Origin: Promethearchaeota archaeon
Lineage (GTDB): Archaea; Asgardarchaeota; Lokiarchaeia; Sigyniarchaeales; SOKP01
Reading direction: 5' to 3'
Length of the DNA: 64,000 nt
NCBI GenBank assembly: GCA_048940445.1
Contig: JBHLON010000013.1
Location: 15,817-79,816 of the forward strand
The position numbers were made by a program, and so were the translations under genes. Within the stretch, counting starts at the first letter, position 1. Each line of letters begins with the position of its first letter. Of the stretch, positions 48,996 through 58,981 are shown in pieces. The notes beneath the pieces were generated by a model, which saw only the letters and a program-made list of their open reading frames with translations, was not told the origin of the DNA and did not search any database.

Positions 48996-50804
48996 ATGGC
49001 AGAAATCGAAGAATCTAAAGTAATACGAGCACCTATAGCTTGCATTTTAGGGCATATAGATCATGGAAAAACCTCACTTTTAGATTATATACGTGGCACG
49101 ATTGTTCAACAAAGAGAAGCCGCTGGAATAACTCAACATATAGGAGCATCATATTTCCCAACAGCAGATATTAAAGAATTTTTAAAAAAATCTAAACAAG
49201 AGTTTGCTGATAAAGAAATAAACCTGCCGGGCATACTTGTAGTAGATACACCTGGTCATGCTGCGTTTTTAAATCTTAGAAAAAGAGGTGGTGCTGTTGC
49301 TGACATTGCAATTTTAGTTATTGATGTTACCGCTGGAACGCAACCCATAACCTGGGAATCTGTAAGAATATTGAGGGAAAGGAAAACTCCCTTTGTAATT
49401 GCTGCTAATAAAATTGATAGAATTTCAGGATGGAAATCTAAAAAAGATGCTGATTTCCTTGATACTTATACCTCTCAAAAACCACACGTAAAGGACTTTC
49501 TTGATGAAAAAATATTACAGATAATGGGGAACTTTCTAGAAGAAGGTTTTAAAGGCATTGATAGGTATGATAAAATTAAAGATTTTACTAAGAAAATTGC
49601 TATAGTTCCTACAAGTGCTAAAACTGGTGAAGGAATATCTACCTTATTGATGATTTTAATGGGTTTAGTGCAACAATATTTAACCCAAAATCTTAAATTC
49701 TCTGAAGGTCCTGCTAAAGGTGTTGTACTAGAAGTCAAAAAAGAGAAAGGACAAGGAGTAACGTTGGATGTCTTAATATATGATGGGATACTTAAGAAAG
49801 GAGATGAGTTTATAGTCGGTGGCTTAGAGAAACCAGTAAAATCTAAAATTAGAGCCTTATTACTGCCAAAACCTTTAGATGAAATTAGAGATCCTCGGCA
49901 GAGGTTTGATTCAGAAGAAATGGTCAGCGCTGCTGCTGGAGTAAAGATACTAGCCCCTAATGTTGATGATGTAGTAGCAGGATCGCCATTAAGAGGTATT
50001 GGAAGCCCGCCTGAGGAAGAGCAAATTTATAAGCAAATTGAAGATGAAGTACAAAGCATTAGAATAAAAACGGAAAAAGCAGGTGTTGTGTTAAAAGCAG
50101 ATACTCTTGGTTCTCTTGAAGCGCTAAATAATCACTTTACTCAAAATGGCGTTAAAATTAGTGTGGCTGATGTTGGACCTATTAAGAAAGAAGATATCAT
50201 AAATGCTAATATCGTTAAACATCTTGATCCTTATTCTGCTGCTGTATTAGGTTTTAACGTAGTAATCTTACCTGAGGCTAAAGAAGAAGCTTATATTGAT
50301 AATATTAGAATCTTTACTAATGATGTAATATATCGTCTTTTAGAAGAGTACATAGCATATGCTGAGACAAGGAAGGCTGAAGATACTGCAAAAGGGCTCA
50401 GTGAATTAATATTACCAGCCAAGCTGAAAATGATGCCGCAATTTATATTTAGGAATTCTGATCCTGCTGTTTTCGGAGTGCATGTTGAGGCTGGTACTTT
50501 ATACCCAAAGGTTCTTCTGGTAACTTCTACTGGTAAAAAAGTTAGACGTGTTCATCAAATTCAAGATAAAGGTCAAACTATAGACAAAGCTACTAAAGAC
50601 TCAGAAGTAGCTATATCTATTCGTGGGATTGAGATAGGAAGAGATATTGGAAAAGATGAAACTTTGTATGTGAATGTTCCAGAATCTCATGTGAGACAAT
50701 TGATGGGTAAATTTACTAACGAGTTGACTTCAGATCAGAAGGAAGCATTACGAGAATTTGTAATTTTGATGAGAAAGATCAATCATCCCTGGTGGGGGAT
50801 GTAA
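48996..50804 (+). CDS. infB: Translation initiation factor aIF5B (IF-2)
   Basis: GHIDHGKT, AGITQHIGA, DTPGH, NKID, KADTLGSLEAL. Confidence 0.99.
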   Translation: MAEIEESKVIRAPIACILGHIDHGKTSLLDYIRGTIVQQREAAGITQHIGASYFPTADIKEFLKKSKQEFADKEINLPGILVVDTPGHAAFLNLRKRGGAVADIAILVIDVTAGTQPITWESVRILRERKTPFVIAANKIDRISGWKSKKDADFLDTYTSQKPHVKDFLDEKILQIMGNFLEEGFKGIDRYDKIKDFTKKIAIVPTSAKTGEGISTLLMILMGLVQQYLTQNLKFSEGPAKGVVLEVKKEKGQGVTLDVLIYDGILKKGDEFIVGGLEKPVKSKIRALLLPKPLDEIRDPRQRFDSEEMVSAAAGVKILAPNVDDVVAGSPLRGIGSPPEEEQIYKQIEDEVQSIRIKTEKAGVVLKADTLGSLEALNNHFTQNGVKISVADVGPIKKEDIINANIVKHLDPYSAAVLGFNVVILPEAKEEAYIDNIRIFTNDVIYRLLEEYIAYAETRKAEDTAKGLSELILPAKLKMMPQFIFRNSDPAVFGVHVEAGTLYPKVLLVTSTGKKVRRVHQIQDKGQTIDKATKDSEVAISIRGIEIGRDIGKDETLYVNVPESHVRQLMGKFTNELTSDQKEALREFVILMRKINHPWWGM

Positions 50805-50920
50805 ATTTTCCTGAAAACTATCTAAATAATTCTTTAATAGCAATACTAAGATTTTTTTAATTCTCTAAAATAATTGTTCATAATATCAAATATTTTTAAG
50901 GCTAACATAATACTTACTTT

Positions 50921-52372
50921 ATGAACGCGATTCAAGATATCCTTAGCAATGTACTTCATGAAATCACACCAACTGAAGAAGAGCTTAGTTTAATTAAGAA
51001 CCTCATTGATCGATTGAAAAAGTTATTAACAGAAACCGCAAAAGACAAAAAAATTCCCTATACGACAATAGAAGCTCAAGGTTCAACAGGAATTAAACAG
51101 ACTCAATTACGGGGAGATTACGATATAGATCTTTTTATAGGTTTGGACTATAATTATTATAAATCAAAATATATAGGCTTAACCAAAAATAGGTTAAAAA
51201 GTGAATCGAAAAAAGATTTCCTTAAACTATGTCAAGAATGGATTCTTAAATCACTAACTCATGAAGAATTTCAGAATGCTCGATTACTTTATGCTGAGCA
51301 TCCTTATGTAACTGTTGATTATCTCACTGATAATCTGAAAATTAAAATTGATCTTGTGCTCTATTTCAATTTAGATTTAGATTATATACAAAAGAATGGA
51401 CCGATAACTGCTGTTGATCGATCTCCATGGCATGGTAAATTTATTAGGGAAAATCTATCAAGCAAACAAAAAGATGAAGTAAGATTATTGAAACAACTTT
51501 TTAAAGCATGCTATAGCTATGGAGATAAAAGTGTAATTGGTAAGATGGGCTTTTTTGGATATAGTGCCGAGCTTTTAATTTATTACTTTAATTCTTTAAT
51601 AAACGTATTTAATAATTTTAATGCTCTAAAGAATAAACCTTTAGATTATTTTAACCGGTCACAAGAGGAATTACAAAAAATTACTCACTTTCAGAATGAT
51701 TATTTCATCATTATTGATCCGATTGATAAAAATAGAAATGTAGCATCAGCTATTTCAATCCAAGCTTATAAATATTGTAGTTATAGAATTCAACAATTTC
51801 TAAAACACCCTAATAAAGAGTCATTTAAGATTTTTCCTATACATGAAGAAGACCTTTCAAATAAAAATGATTTACTTCTTTCAAATATTTATATCATCGA
51901 ATTGAAAAATCAAAACCAAAACATACATTACACCATAAATCGCGATAAATTATATTCTTTAGGAAAAGGTATTAAAGCTAATGGAGAAAAAGAGTATACT
52001 CATGAAGATAGGTTTGGACAGATTGAATTTGAGGTCTACTTTGAAGAAGGAATAAATGAATATAATGTAGCTCTTCATTGTGAAAAATCGACAATTTCTG
52101 AAACCTTCTTGAGAAGAGGTCCTCCCTTATGTTCCAAGTTCCATGCAAAACGCTTCAAACAAAAAAATCCAAATTTCATTGAGAAAGATAATTTTCTATG
52201 GACAAAAACAAAAAGAGAATATACCGATTTTTTATCCTTTATTCAAGATTTTGTAAGAGAAAAGATGCCTGAGAACTTAGAAGTGGTAAACCTCTCAATC
52301 TCATTTAAAGCGAAATCGAGAAGCTCCAAACGAGCAATATATGTCTTGAAAAATTATGTTTTGCCTCTATAA
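50921..52372 (+). CDS. cca: CCA-adding tRNA nucleotidyltransferase (class I)
   Basis: GS....T.L.GDYDIDLF, YAEHPY, TAVDRSPWH, GYSAELL, DPIDKNRNVA. Confidence 0.95.
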   Translation: MNAIQDILSNVLHEITPTEEELSLIKNLIDRLKKLLTETAKDKKIPYTTIEAQGSTGIKQTQLRGDYDIDLFIGLDYNYYKSKYIGLTKNRLKSESKKDFLKLCQEWILKSLTHEEFQNARLLYAEHPYVTVDYLTDNLKIKIDLVLYFNLDLDYIQKNGPITAVDRSPWHGKFIRENLSSKQKDEVRLLKQLFKACYSYGDKSVIGKMGFFGYSAELLIYYFNSLINVFNNFNALKNKPLDYFNRSQEELQKITHFQNDYFIIIDPIDKNRNVASAISIQAYKYCSYRIQQFLKHPNKESFKIFPIHEEDLSNKNDLLLSNIYIIELKNQNQNIHYTINRDKLYSLGKGIKANGEKEYTHEDRFGQIEFEVYFEEGINEYNVALHCEKSTISETFLRRGPPLCSKFHAKRFKQKNPNFIEKDNFLWTKTKREYTDFLSFIQDFVREKMPENLEVVNLSISFKAKSRSSKRAIYVLKNYVLPL

Positions 52373-52486
52373 TGCCATCAAAATCTCTTTTTTAATTATT
52401 TAAAACAATTAACTTAAAAATCTAATACACTTTTTTGAAATTAACTAAAAATGAAGTTGTGATATAAAATAGTACGCTGCTTATCG

Positions 52487-53347
52487 TTGCATCCAACGAA
52501 CCTAAAAATAATTGTAAGACAAGTAAAGAATGATTATTCTTCTTCCTTAAAAAAGAACCGATACTGGTATAAGAATGATCCAATCGTCACGCATTTTTTC
52601 AATGCACTTCAAGCTACCTTTCCTGAAGGAGAGAAATTTTTTATCCAAGCAGCAATCGATGCCGCAGATCAACTTACCAAGAAAGGAATACTGGGAAATG
52701 AATTAAAGGAAGATATAGATAAGTTTATTCATCAGGAAGCACTTCACAGCCAACAACATGCATTATGGACTAATGCGCTTATTCATTATGGTTATAAAAA
52801 AATGGGTGAATACAATACCCATATGAAAAAGATTGTGAAGTGGTTTCGCAAACATATCCCTGTAGTTATGCGTCTGGCTATTACTGCAGCTGCAGAGCAT
52901 TATACCGCATCTATCGCATTCCTATTTACACACATAAAATCAAAGTTTCTTACAGAGTCCTTACTACCTTTTCGGAATCTTCTCCTTTATCATGCTATGG
53001 AAGAAATAGAACATAAAAGTGTTTGTTATGATTTATATCAATGTCTCTCAGGAAATTATTTTGGGCGAATGTTTGGTTTTGCATTTATCACACTTGAACT
53101 AACCTTAAGTATATATATGCGATATCGCTATCTCCTTAAAAAAGATGGTATTTGGAACAAAAATCACCGCCGCAAAATTCGAATTTACTTATTTGGACGA
53201 GATGGAATTATAAAGGGACTTTTATTTAGGATCAAATCTTTTTGGAATCCCTCATTTCATCCATGGCAAACCGATGAAAGAGTTATGATTAATAAAGTAT
53301 TTGGAAAATATCAAGCAGAATTGAATATTATACCATTTGCTGAATAA
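52487..53347 (+). CDS. Predicted metal-dependent hydrolase (ferritin-like, bacterial type)
   Basis: FFNAL..TFPEGEKFF, FIHQEALHS..H, EHYTA, HAMEEIEHKSV.YD, FHPW. Confidence 0.88.
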   Translation: MHPTNLKIIVRQVKNDYSSSLKKNRYWYKNDPIVTHFFNALQATFPEGEKFFIQAAIDAADQLTKKGILGNELKEDIDKFIHQEALHSQQHALWTNALIHYGYKKMGEYNTHMKKIVKWFRKHIPVVMRLAITAAAEHYTASIAFLFTHIKSKFLTESLLPFRNLLLYHAMEEIEHKSVCYDLYQCLSGNYFGRMFGFAFITLELTLSIYMRYRYLLKKDGIWNKNHRRKIRIYLFGRDGIIKGLLFRIKSFWNPSFHPWQTDERVMINKVFGKYQAELNIIPFAE

Positions 53348-53576
53348 TTTTAGGATTATTGTTCTCAATTTCAAGGAGATTATGAGGGAAATCCCTTATT
53401 GAAAAGAATAAGAAGAACTATCTATATTGGCGAATCATATAATCCTTCTATAATGTTACCATGAAACACCCTTTCTTCATCTGCAGTTCTAAACTTGATT
53501 GAAGTTCAAGAATATAAACTATATATTAACAAAAATCATTAATTTAAATATTTCAAATTAAAGGTGAACTATTGGT

Positions 53577-53888
53577 TTGTCTAAAATTAAGATTACCGTA
53601 GTTAGGAAATTCAGTCCAACTGATGTGTTTGGACATGAAATATACTCCACATCAGGTACAAAGATCACCTCTTGTAATGCTTTTGATGAAGGCCAAGAAT
53701 TTATAGTGGAGCATATCGAGAAAATGCCAGAAGGCTTCTGTGGATGGGCGTGGCGAGATCTTTACAAAGATTTATCTGTACTCTATTTTAATGGTAACTT
53801 TTATGGACACGAGGAAGGAATCCAACATACTTCATGTTCTGATGGAAGAAAACCAGTTTGCTTTAAGTTAGAAAGAATTAAAGAGTAA
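53577..53888 (+). CDS. TIGR04076 family protein, copy 1
   Basis: KITV, C..F.EGQEF, PEGFCGWAW, CSDGRKPVCFKLER. Confidence 0.85.
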   Translation: MSKIKITVVRKFSPTDVFGHEIYSTSGTKITSCNAFDEGQEFIVEHIEKMPEGFCGWAWRDLYKDLSVLYFNGNFYGHEEGIQHTSCSDGRKPVCFKLERIKE

Positions 53889-53910
53889 ATTATGGAGGAT
53901 TGAGAAAATC

Positions 53911-54222
53911 ATGAGTAAAGTAAAAATCACAGTTGTGAAGCAATTTGGTCCTGAAGATATACTCGGTCATGAATTTATACGACCCGATGGAACCCCTATA
54001 AAGAAGTGCGGGATGACAGAAGGAAGAGAATTCATTGTTGATGAAACAGGAAATATGCCAGAAGGCTTTTGTCATCATGCGTGGTTTGGATTATATAAAA
54101 ACGTTTCTATTTTGAAATGTGGTGGTGGATTTCCTAATTGGACTGGAGAGAATATGATTTATACTGCTTGTCCAGACGGTATACGACCAGTTTGTTTCAA
54201 ACTAGAACGCATTTCTGACTAA
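53911..54222 (+). CDS. TIGR04076 family protein, copy 2
   Basis: KITV, PEGFCHHAW, CPDGIRPVCFKLER; tandem paralog of the upstream gene. Confidence 0.85.
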   Translation: MSKVKITVVKQFGPEDILGHEFIRPDGTPIKKCGMTEGREFIVDETGNMPEGFCHHAWFGLYKNVSILKCGGGFPNWTGENMIYTACPDGIRPVCFKLERISD

Positions 54223-54389
54223 AATCATATTTTTATCATTTTGTTAAATTTTAAGGATTCAAATAAGTTTCTTTTTCTAAAGATCTCAAATTTATACATT
54301 CAAAACATAAAATTTTTATGATTTGACATATTTTGTTCCACAATTACAACATTTTAAATCAATTAGAATTAGTTTAATGTGAACTTTTA

Positions 54390-56642
54390 ATGGTTAAAGT
54401 TAAGAATCCGGAAGAAATCGCGAAGCTGGTGACCTCTGGTTCATATGAGAAGAAAAGGATATTTAGTATAACTGCTCATATCGATCATGGAAAAACCACT
54501 GCTACTGATTACTTACTACGACGAGCTGGTCTTATGCGTCCAGAAGATGCTGGACAACTCCAAATGACAGACTCGGACGATGAAGAACAAGAAAGAGGTA
54601 TCACAATTTTTACTAGTGTCGTGTTGTTAGCATTTAAAGATGAAAGAAATCCAGATGATAATGAACCATATATTTTACAACTAAATGACACTCCAGGACA
54701 TATTTCATTCACTGGAGAAGTTTCTCGAGCTTTGAGAGGTAGCGATGGTGCAATGATATTAGTTGACGCTCTGGAAGGAGTCATGACTCAGACAGAAACT
54801 AATATTCGTCTTGCGGTTGGAGAAGAATACTGCAGACCTGTACTTTTTATCAATAAAGTAGATAGATTAATTAGTGAATTAAAATTAAGCCCAAAAGATA
54901 CCTATGCGAAGATAGATGAAATAACTAATCAAGTAAATGAATTGATTAAGAAAGTTAGACCCGAGGGATCAGACTGGGGAGTTGATTTTGCTAAGAATAG
55001 CGTTGCTGTAGGCTCAGCTAAACACGGTTGGGGTTTTACATATGAGATTTTAAAAGAGAAAGGATTAACTCCAGTGACAGTTTTTGAAAAATATAATGAC
55101 GGGGACATTCAATGGTTAAGAGATAATCTTCCTCTTGATGAACCGATGTTAAGGATGGTTGTTGATCATTTACCAGACCCAATCTCAGCAGCGAAGTATA
55201 GAATTCCTCACCTGTGGAGCGGAGATCTAAATTCAGAACTTGGGCAAGCATTAACTAAAAGTGATCCCAAAGGACCATTATACGGGATGATTACAAAGAT
55301 TTTCTTAGATCCTAAACGAAATTATCAAGCGACATTGATAGGTCGTGTATTTTCGGGGACGTTTGATCAAACAGACAGTATTTATCTCCTTGGAAGCCGT
55401 ACTTCAAACAGAGTTAAAAGATTGGGAGTAATGGAAATCACAGATATCTTAGATATTCCAAAAATCCCAGCGGGTAACCTATTTGCTTTATATGGTTTTA
55501 TCTGTCCCTCAGGTGAAACATTCATTCATTCTGATAAGGTTCCGAAAGATAAGGAAGAGATCTCAAAAATACCAACATTTGAAAAGATACATTATGCTTG
55601 TAAAGCTGTTGTATCTAGGAGTGTGAAGGCTAAAGATCCACAAGAACTTGCGAAATTAGGTGAAGTTGTCAATAAATGGCTTCAAGCAGATCCAACAGCT
55701 GAATTTCGGCTAAATAAAGAATCAATGGAGTACATTCTTAGCGGAATCGACCCATTGCAAATTGAAATTCTTACTAAAAGAATTAATAATCAAGTTCAGA
55801 TTGATATAGGAGAACCTATCATAGTATATAGAGAGAAAATTACTCATAAAAGTAAAGAGTTTAACACTAAGTCATCCAATGCACATAATCGAATTATTTT
55901 ATATGTTGAGCCTCTAGATGATAAGACAGAAGAATTAATTGATGAGGGATACATTACTGATTTACAAGATGAAAAAGAACGTGCTCAAATATTAAGAGAA
56001 AAAGCAGGTTGGGATGCAAAAGAGGCCCGACGTATTATTGACGTCTATAAAGGAAATCTACTTGTAAATGGAGCCACAGGTCTACAACGATTTGATAGAA
56101 TTAAAAACGATCTAATTAGTTCCTTTAGAAATTGGATTGATGAATGTATTATAGCAAAAGAACCAGCTATGGGCATTAGAGCTGTGTTCACAGATTTAGT
56201 GATTCACGAAGACCCACGTCATACTCAATTTGCCCAAACAGCAGCCATGACCTATTCAGCTCTTTCTCTTGCGATGTTAAATGCAGATCCCCATCTTTTT
56301 GAACCAGTGCAAAAAATTGACGTAAAAACACCGCAAGGAACTGAAGGATCTATAAGCTCAATAATTAGTAAACATAGAGGAAGAATTAATAATGTCATCC
56401 CAGAAGGAGAATATGTGAGAGTTCAAGGACAAATTCCCGCTGCTGAAATAGTTGGTATTGCTGATGAAATAAGAAGCTCAACTCAAGGTAGAGCGTTCTT
56501 TGGTTATGAATTCAAAAATTTTGAAAAAGTTCCACCATCATTAGAAGAAGATCTAATATTAGATATAAGAAAACGTAAGGGTATGCCTGAAGAAATGCCT
56601 TCCACGAAATCTTGGGAAAGATTTATCTATAAACGTACCTAA
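54390..56642 (+). CDS. fusA: Elongation factor 2 family protein (aEF-2 or its paralog) with non-canonical diphthamide loop
   Basis: AHIDHGKT, ERGITI, DTPGH, NKVD; domain IV reads HEDPRHTQFAQ instead of HRG. Confidence 0.92.
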   Translation: MVKVKNPEEIAKLVTSGSYEKKRIFSITAHIDHGKTTATDYLLRRAGLMRPEDAGQLQMTDSDDEEQERGITIFTSVVLLAFKDERNPDDNEPYILQLNDTPGHISFTGEVSRALRGSDGAMILVDALEGVMTQTETNIRLAVGEEYCRPVLFINKVDRLISELKLSPKDTYAKIDEITNQVNELIKKVRPEGSDWGVDFAKNSVAVGSAKHGWGFTYEILKEKGLTPVTVFEKYNDGDIQWLRDNLPLDEPMLRMVVDHLPDPISAAKYRIPHLWSGDLNSELGQALTKSDPKGPLYGMITKIFLDPKRNYQATLIGRVFSGTFDQTDSIYLLGSRTSNRVKRLGVMEITDILDIPKIPAGNLFALYGFICPSGETFIHSDKVPKDKEEISKIPTFEKIHYACKAVVSRSVKAKDPQELAKLGEVVNKWLQADPTAEFRLNKESMEYILSGIDPLQIEILTKRINNQVQIDIGEPIIVYREKITHKSKEFNTKSSNAHNRIILYVEPLDDKTEELIDEGYITDLQDEKERAQILREKAGWDAKEARRIIDVYKGNLLVNGATGLQRFDRIKNDLISSFRNWIDECIIAKEPAMGIRAVFTDLVIHEDPRHTQFAQTAAMTYSALSLAMLNADPHLFEPVQKIDVKTPQGTEGSISSIISKHRGRINNVIPEGEYVRVQGQIPAAEIVGIADEIRSSTQGRAFFGYEFKNFEKVPPSLEEDLILDIRKRKGMPEEMPSTKSWERFIYKRT

Positions 56643-56775
56643 ATTTTCTCGTAATTTTTGTTTCTTTTATCAACTTTTACTTTTTTAAAAATTCTTTAAA
56701 GTACATATTATCTTTATGTTATATAACAAATTTAATATATTTTTAATCCTGTTAAATGATTTAAATTATTGATAA

Positions 56776-57615
56776 TTATTTAAATTCCAAAATTACTAGC
56801 TTATAAAATTTTAAAGTTCTGAAAAGTTTCATAAGAAAGCGAGTTCTTTCTTTCCACTTTGGATTCAGCTTTACTCCTTTAAAAAAAATAATATAAGACA
56901 TTGTTTTGATTTTATTTGACCATTTAAGTACTGCTTTAGGATTTCTTAATCCAAATTTGTGATCAGCGCCTTGAAATCCTAACTTTTTATATTTTCTATT
57001 GATTATCTTTTTTAATAGGTTGGAAGGAACATCGAATAAAAAAGTTCCCCCTGTAAAATGGTTTGCTAAATTATTACAGAGATCCTTTAATTGATACTCA
57101 TGAAAGTAATTTAATAATCCCGCAGCAAATATTAAAACTCCTTTATGTGCATCAAATTCAACATCATTGAACCAGCTATAATCAAAAATTGATTTTGCAA
57201 TATTCTTTGAGTTCGAGACTTGACTTATCAATTTTTCTCGTAAAGCTATACTATCTGGTAAATCTATTTGATACCAATTTAATTTTTTATCTCCTATACG
57301 TAAATTTGAAGTATCTAAACCACAACCGAGACTAATAATTGTGGCGGAAGGGTGATTGAGCTTATAGTCTCGAATCTTATCATCGAATTCTCTTGCACGA
57401 AAAAGAAAATTTAAACTTGCAAATTCATCCATAAATTTCTCCAGCAATATAAATTCTTCTTGTTGATCGGAGTATATCTCATAGATGCGCTTAAGAATAA
57501 TTTCCGCGTGAGGATCATTTAAAATATTAGGATATAATGCTCCATATTTAGCCCTAGCCCATAACGGACCTACCATCGTAGATTCAATAGTACCTTTGTA
57601 TACTCTTTTACCCAT
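56776..57615 (-). CDS. Class I SAM-dependent methyltransferase (LCM/TcmP-like)
   Basis: PLWARA, RAREFD, LGCGLDT, WYQIDLP, GLLNYF. Confidence 0.88.
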   Translation of the reverse strand: MGKRVYKGTIESTMVGPLWARAKYGALYPNILNDPHAEIILKRIYEIYSDQQEEFILLEKFMDEFASLNFLFRAREFDDKIRDYKLNHPSATIISLGCGLDTSNLRIGDKKLNWYQIDLPDSIALREKLISQVSNSKNIAKSIFDYSWFNDVEFDAHKGVLIFAAGLLNYFHEYQLKDLCNNLANHFTGGTFLFDVPSNLLKKIINRKYKKLGFQGADHKFGLRNPKAVLKWSNKIKTMSYIIFFKGVKLNPKWKERTRFLMKLFRTLKFYKLVILEFK

Positions 57616-57772
57616 ATCTCATCACACGAAATCTCTCTAATCTAATTTCAAAAATAATTCAACTTTTATATTTGAATATAAGATCATGCAAAAGTTAACC
57701 AAGTCTATAAGCATAATGATATTTGTATAAGAATTTAGCATAATTAAATATTCTTCTTATGTTTAAATACAG

Positions 57773-58217
57773 TTAAAGTATTCCTAAAGAATAAAGTCGT
57801 TTTGCCAGAGCATAAAACGCTTCATAAACACCTTTACCAGTTAATGCACTTGTTTTATAATAACCCAAAAAATTATGCTTTTTCGCATATTGTTCAATAT
57901 TAGAATCACATAATTCAGAAGATTGTAATTGTTCATCATTTATTAAATCAATTTTGTTTCCAAATATTGCTACCCGTATATTTCCACAATGTTCTCTAAG
58001 TTCAGATAACCATTTATCGATATTATTGAAACTCTTAGTTTCATCTGGAGAATGGAAAAATACTATAATTGCCCCACTACTACCAGTATAAAAATTCTGG
58101 TGCATAACCTCAAAAGCTTGTTGTCCCGCGATATCCCATAGAATCTATTCAATATTGACACCTTCAATGACTTCTTCATGTTGAGTGAATTAAGTGACAA
58201 GGATAGAAATATAATTT
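57773..58217 (-). pseudogene. Pseudogenised tandem copy of the Rab-like GTPase
   Basis: Upstream of the annotated ATG the frame reads NYISILVT*FTQHEEVIEGVNIE*ILWDIAGQQAF, collinear with 58259..58813 but with two stops and no G1. Confidence 0.88.
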
Positions 58218-58258
58218 TTTAAATGTCTAGAAATAGAAAATAGATAGAACAAATTGAC

Positions 58259-58813
58259 TTAAAATTTCCCTAAAGGATAGAGCCTTTTTGCTAAAGCATG
58301 AAAAGCATCATAAACACCTTGACCTGTTAACGCACTTGTTTTATAATAACCTAATAAATTATTATCTCTAACATATTTCTCCACATTCGAATCAGAAGTA
58401 TCTAAGTTTTCATTTGTGCGTAAATCTTCTTCATTCACTAAATCAATTTTATTTCCAAACAATGCTATTTGAATATTTCCACATTGTTTTCTGATTTCTG
58501 AAAGCCACTTATCTAATCTTCTAAAGCTTTTCTGCTGCTCGGGAGAATGCGAAAAGACGATGATACCACCTTTACTTCCAGAGTAGAATTTTTTACGCAT
58601 TTGTTCAAATACTTCTTGACCAGCAATGTCCCAAAATATGAACTTAAACTTAATATCCTCGACAATCTCTTCATATTGAGTGAACTGGGCACCAAGAGTT
58701 GCGATATAGTCTTCTTGAAACTCCCCTTTTGTGTATTTTCTTATTAGTGAAGTTTTGCCTACTGCGGCATCCCCAATAATTACAATTTTAAATTTGAGTT
58801 CGTCCATTTTCAA
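58259..58813 (-). CDS. Rab-like small GTPase
   Basis: GDAAVGKT, TLGAQF, WDIAGQE, GNKID, TSA. Confidence 0.95.
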   Translation of the reverse strand: MKMDELKFKIVIIGDAAVGKTSLIRKYTKGEFQEDYIATLGAQFTQYEEIVEDIKFKFIFWDIAGQEVFEQMRKKFYSGSKGGIIVFSHSPEQQKSFRRLDKWLSEIRKQCGNIQIALFGNKIDLVNEEDLRTNENLDTSDSNVEKYVRDNNLLGYYKTSALTGQGVYDAFHALAKRLYPLGKF

Positions 58814-58981
58814 TTCACTTAATTATTGTATATCTAATAAGTCATTTTTATGGTATTAAATTTATTAAATTTAGTGTTTATATCCCTCATTGTGAATCTT
58901 AAAATTTATAGAATTAAAGAGATATTATTAATATTAAGGATCCTTAAGAATTCATACCATTATCTTCTTTATTATTAAATT

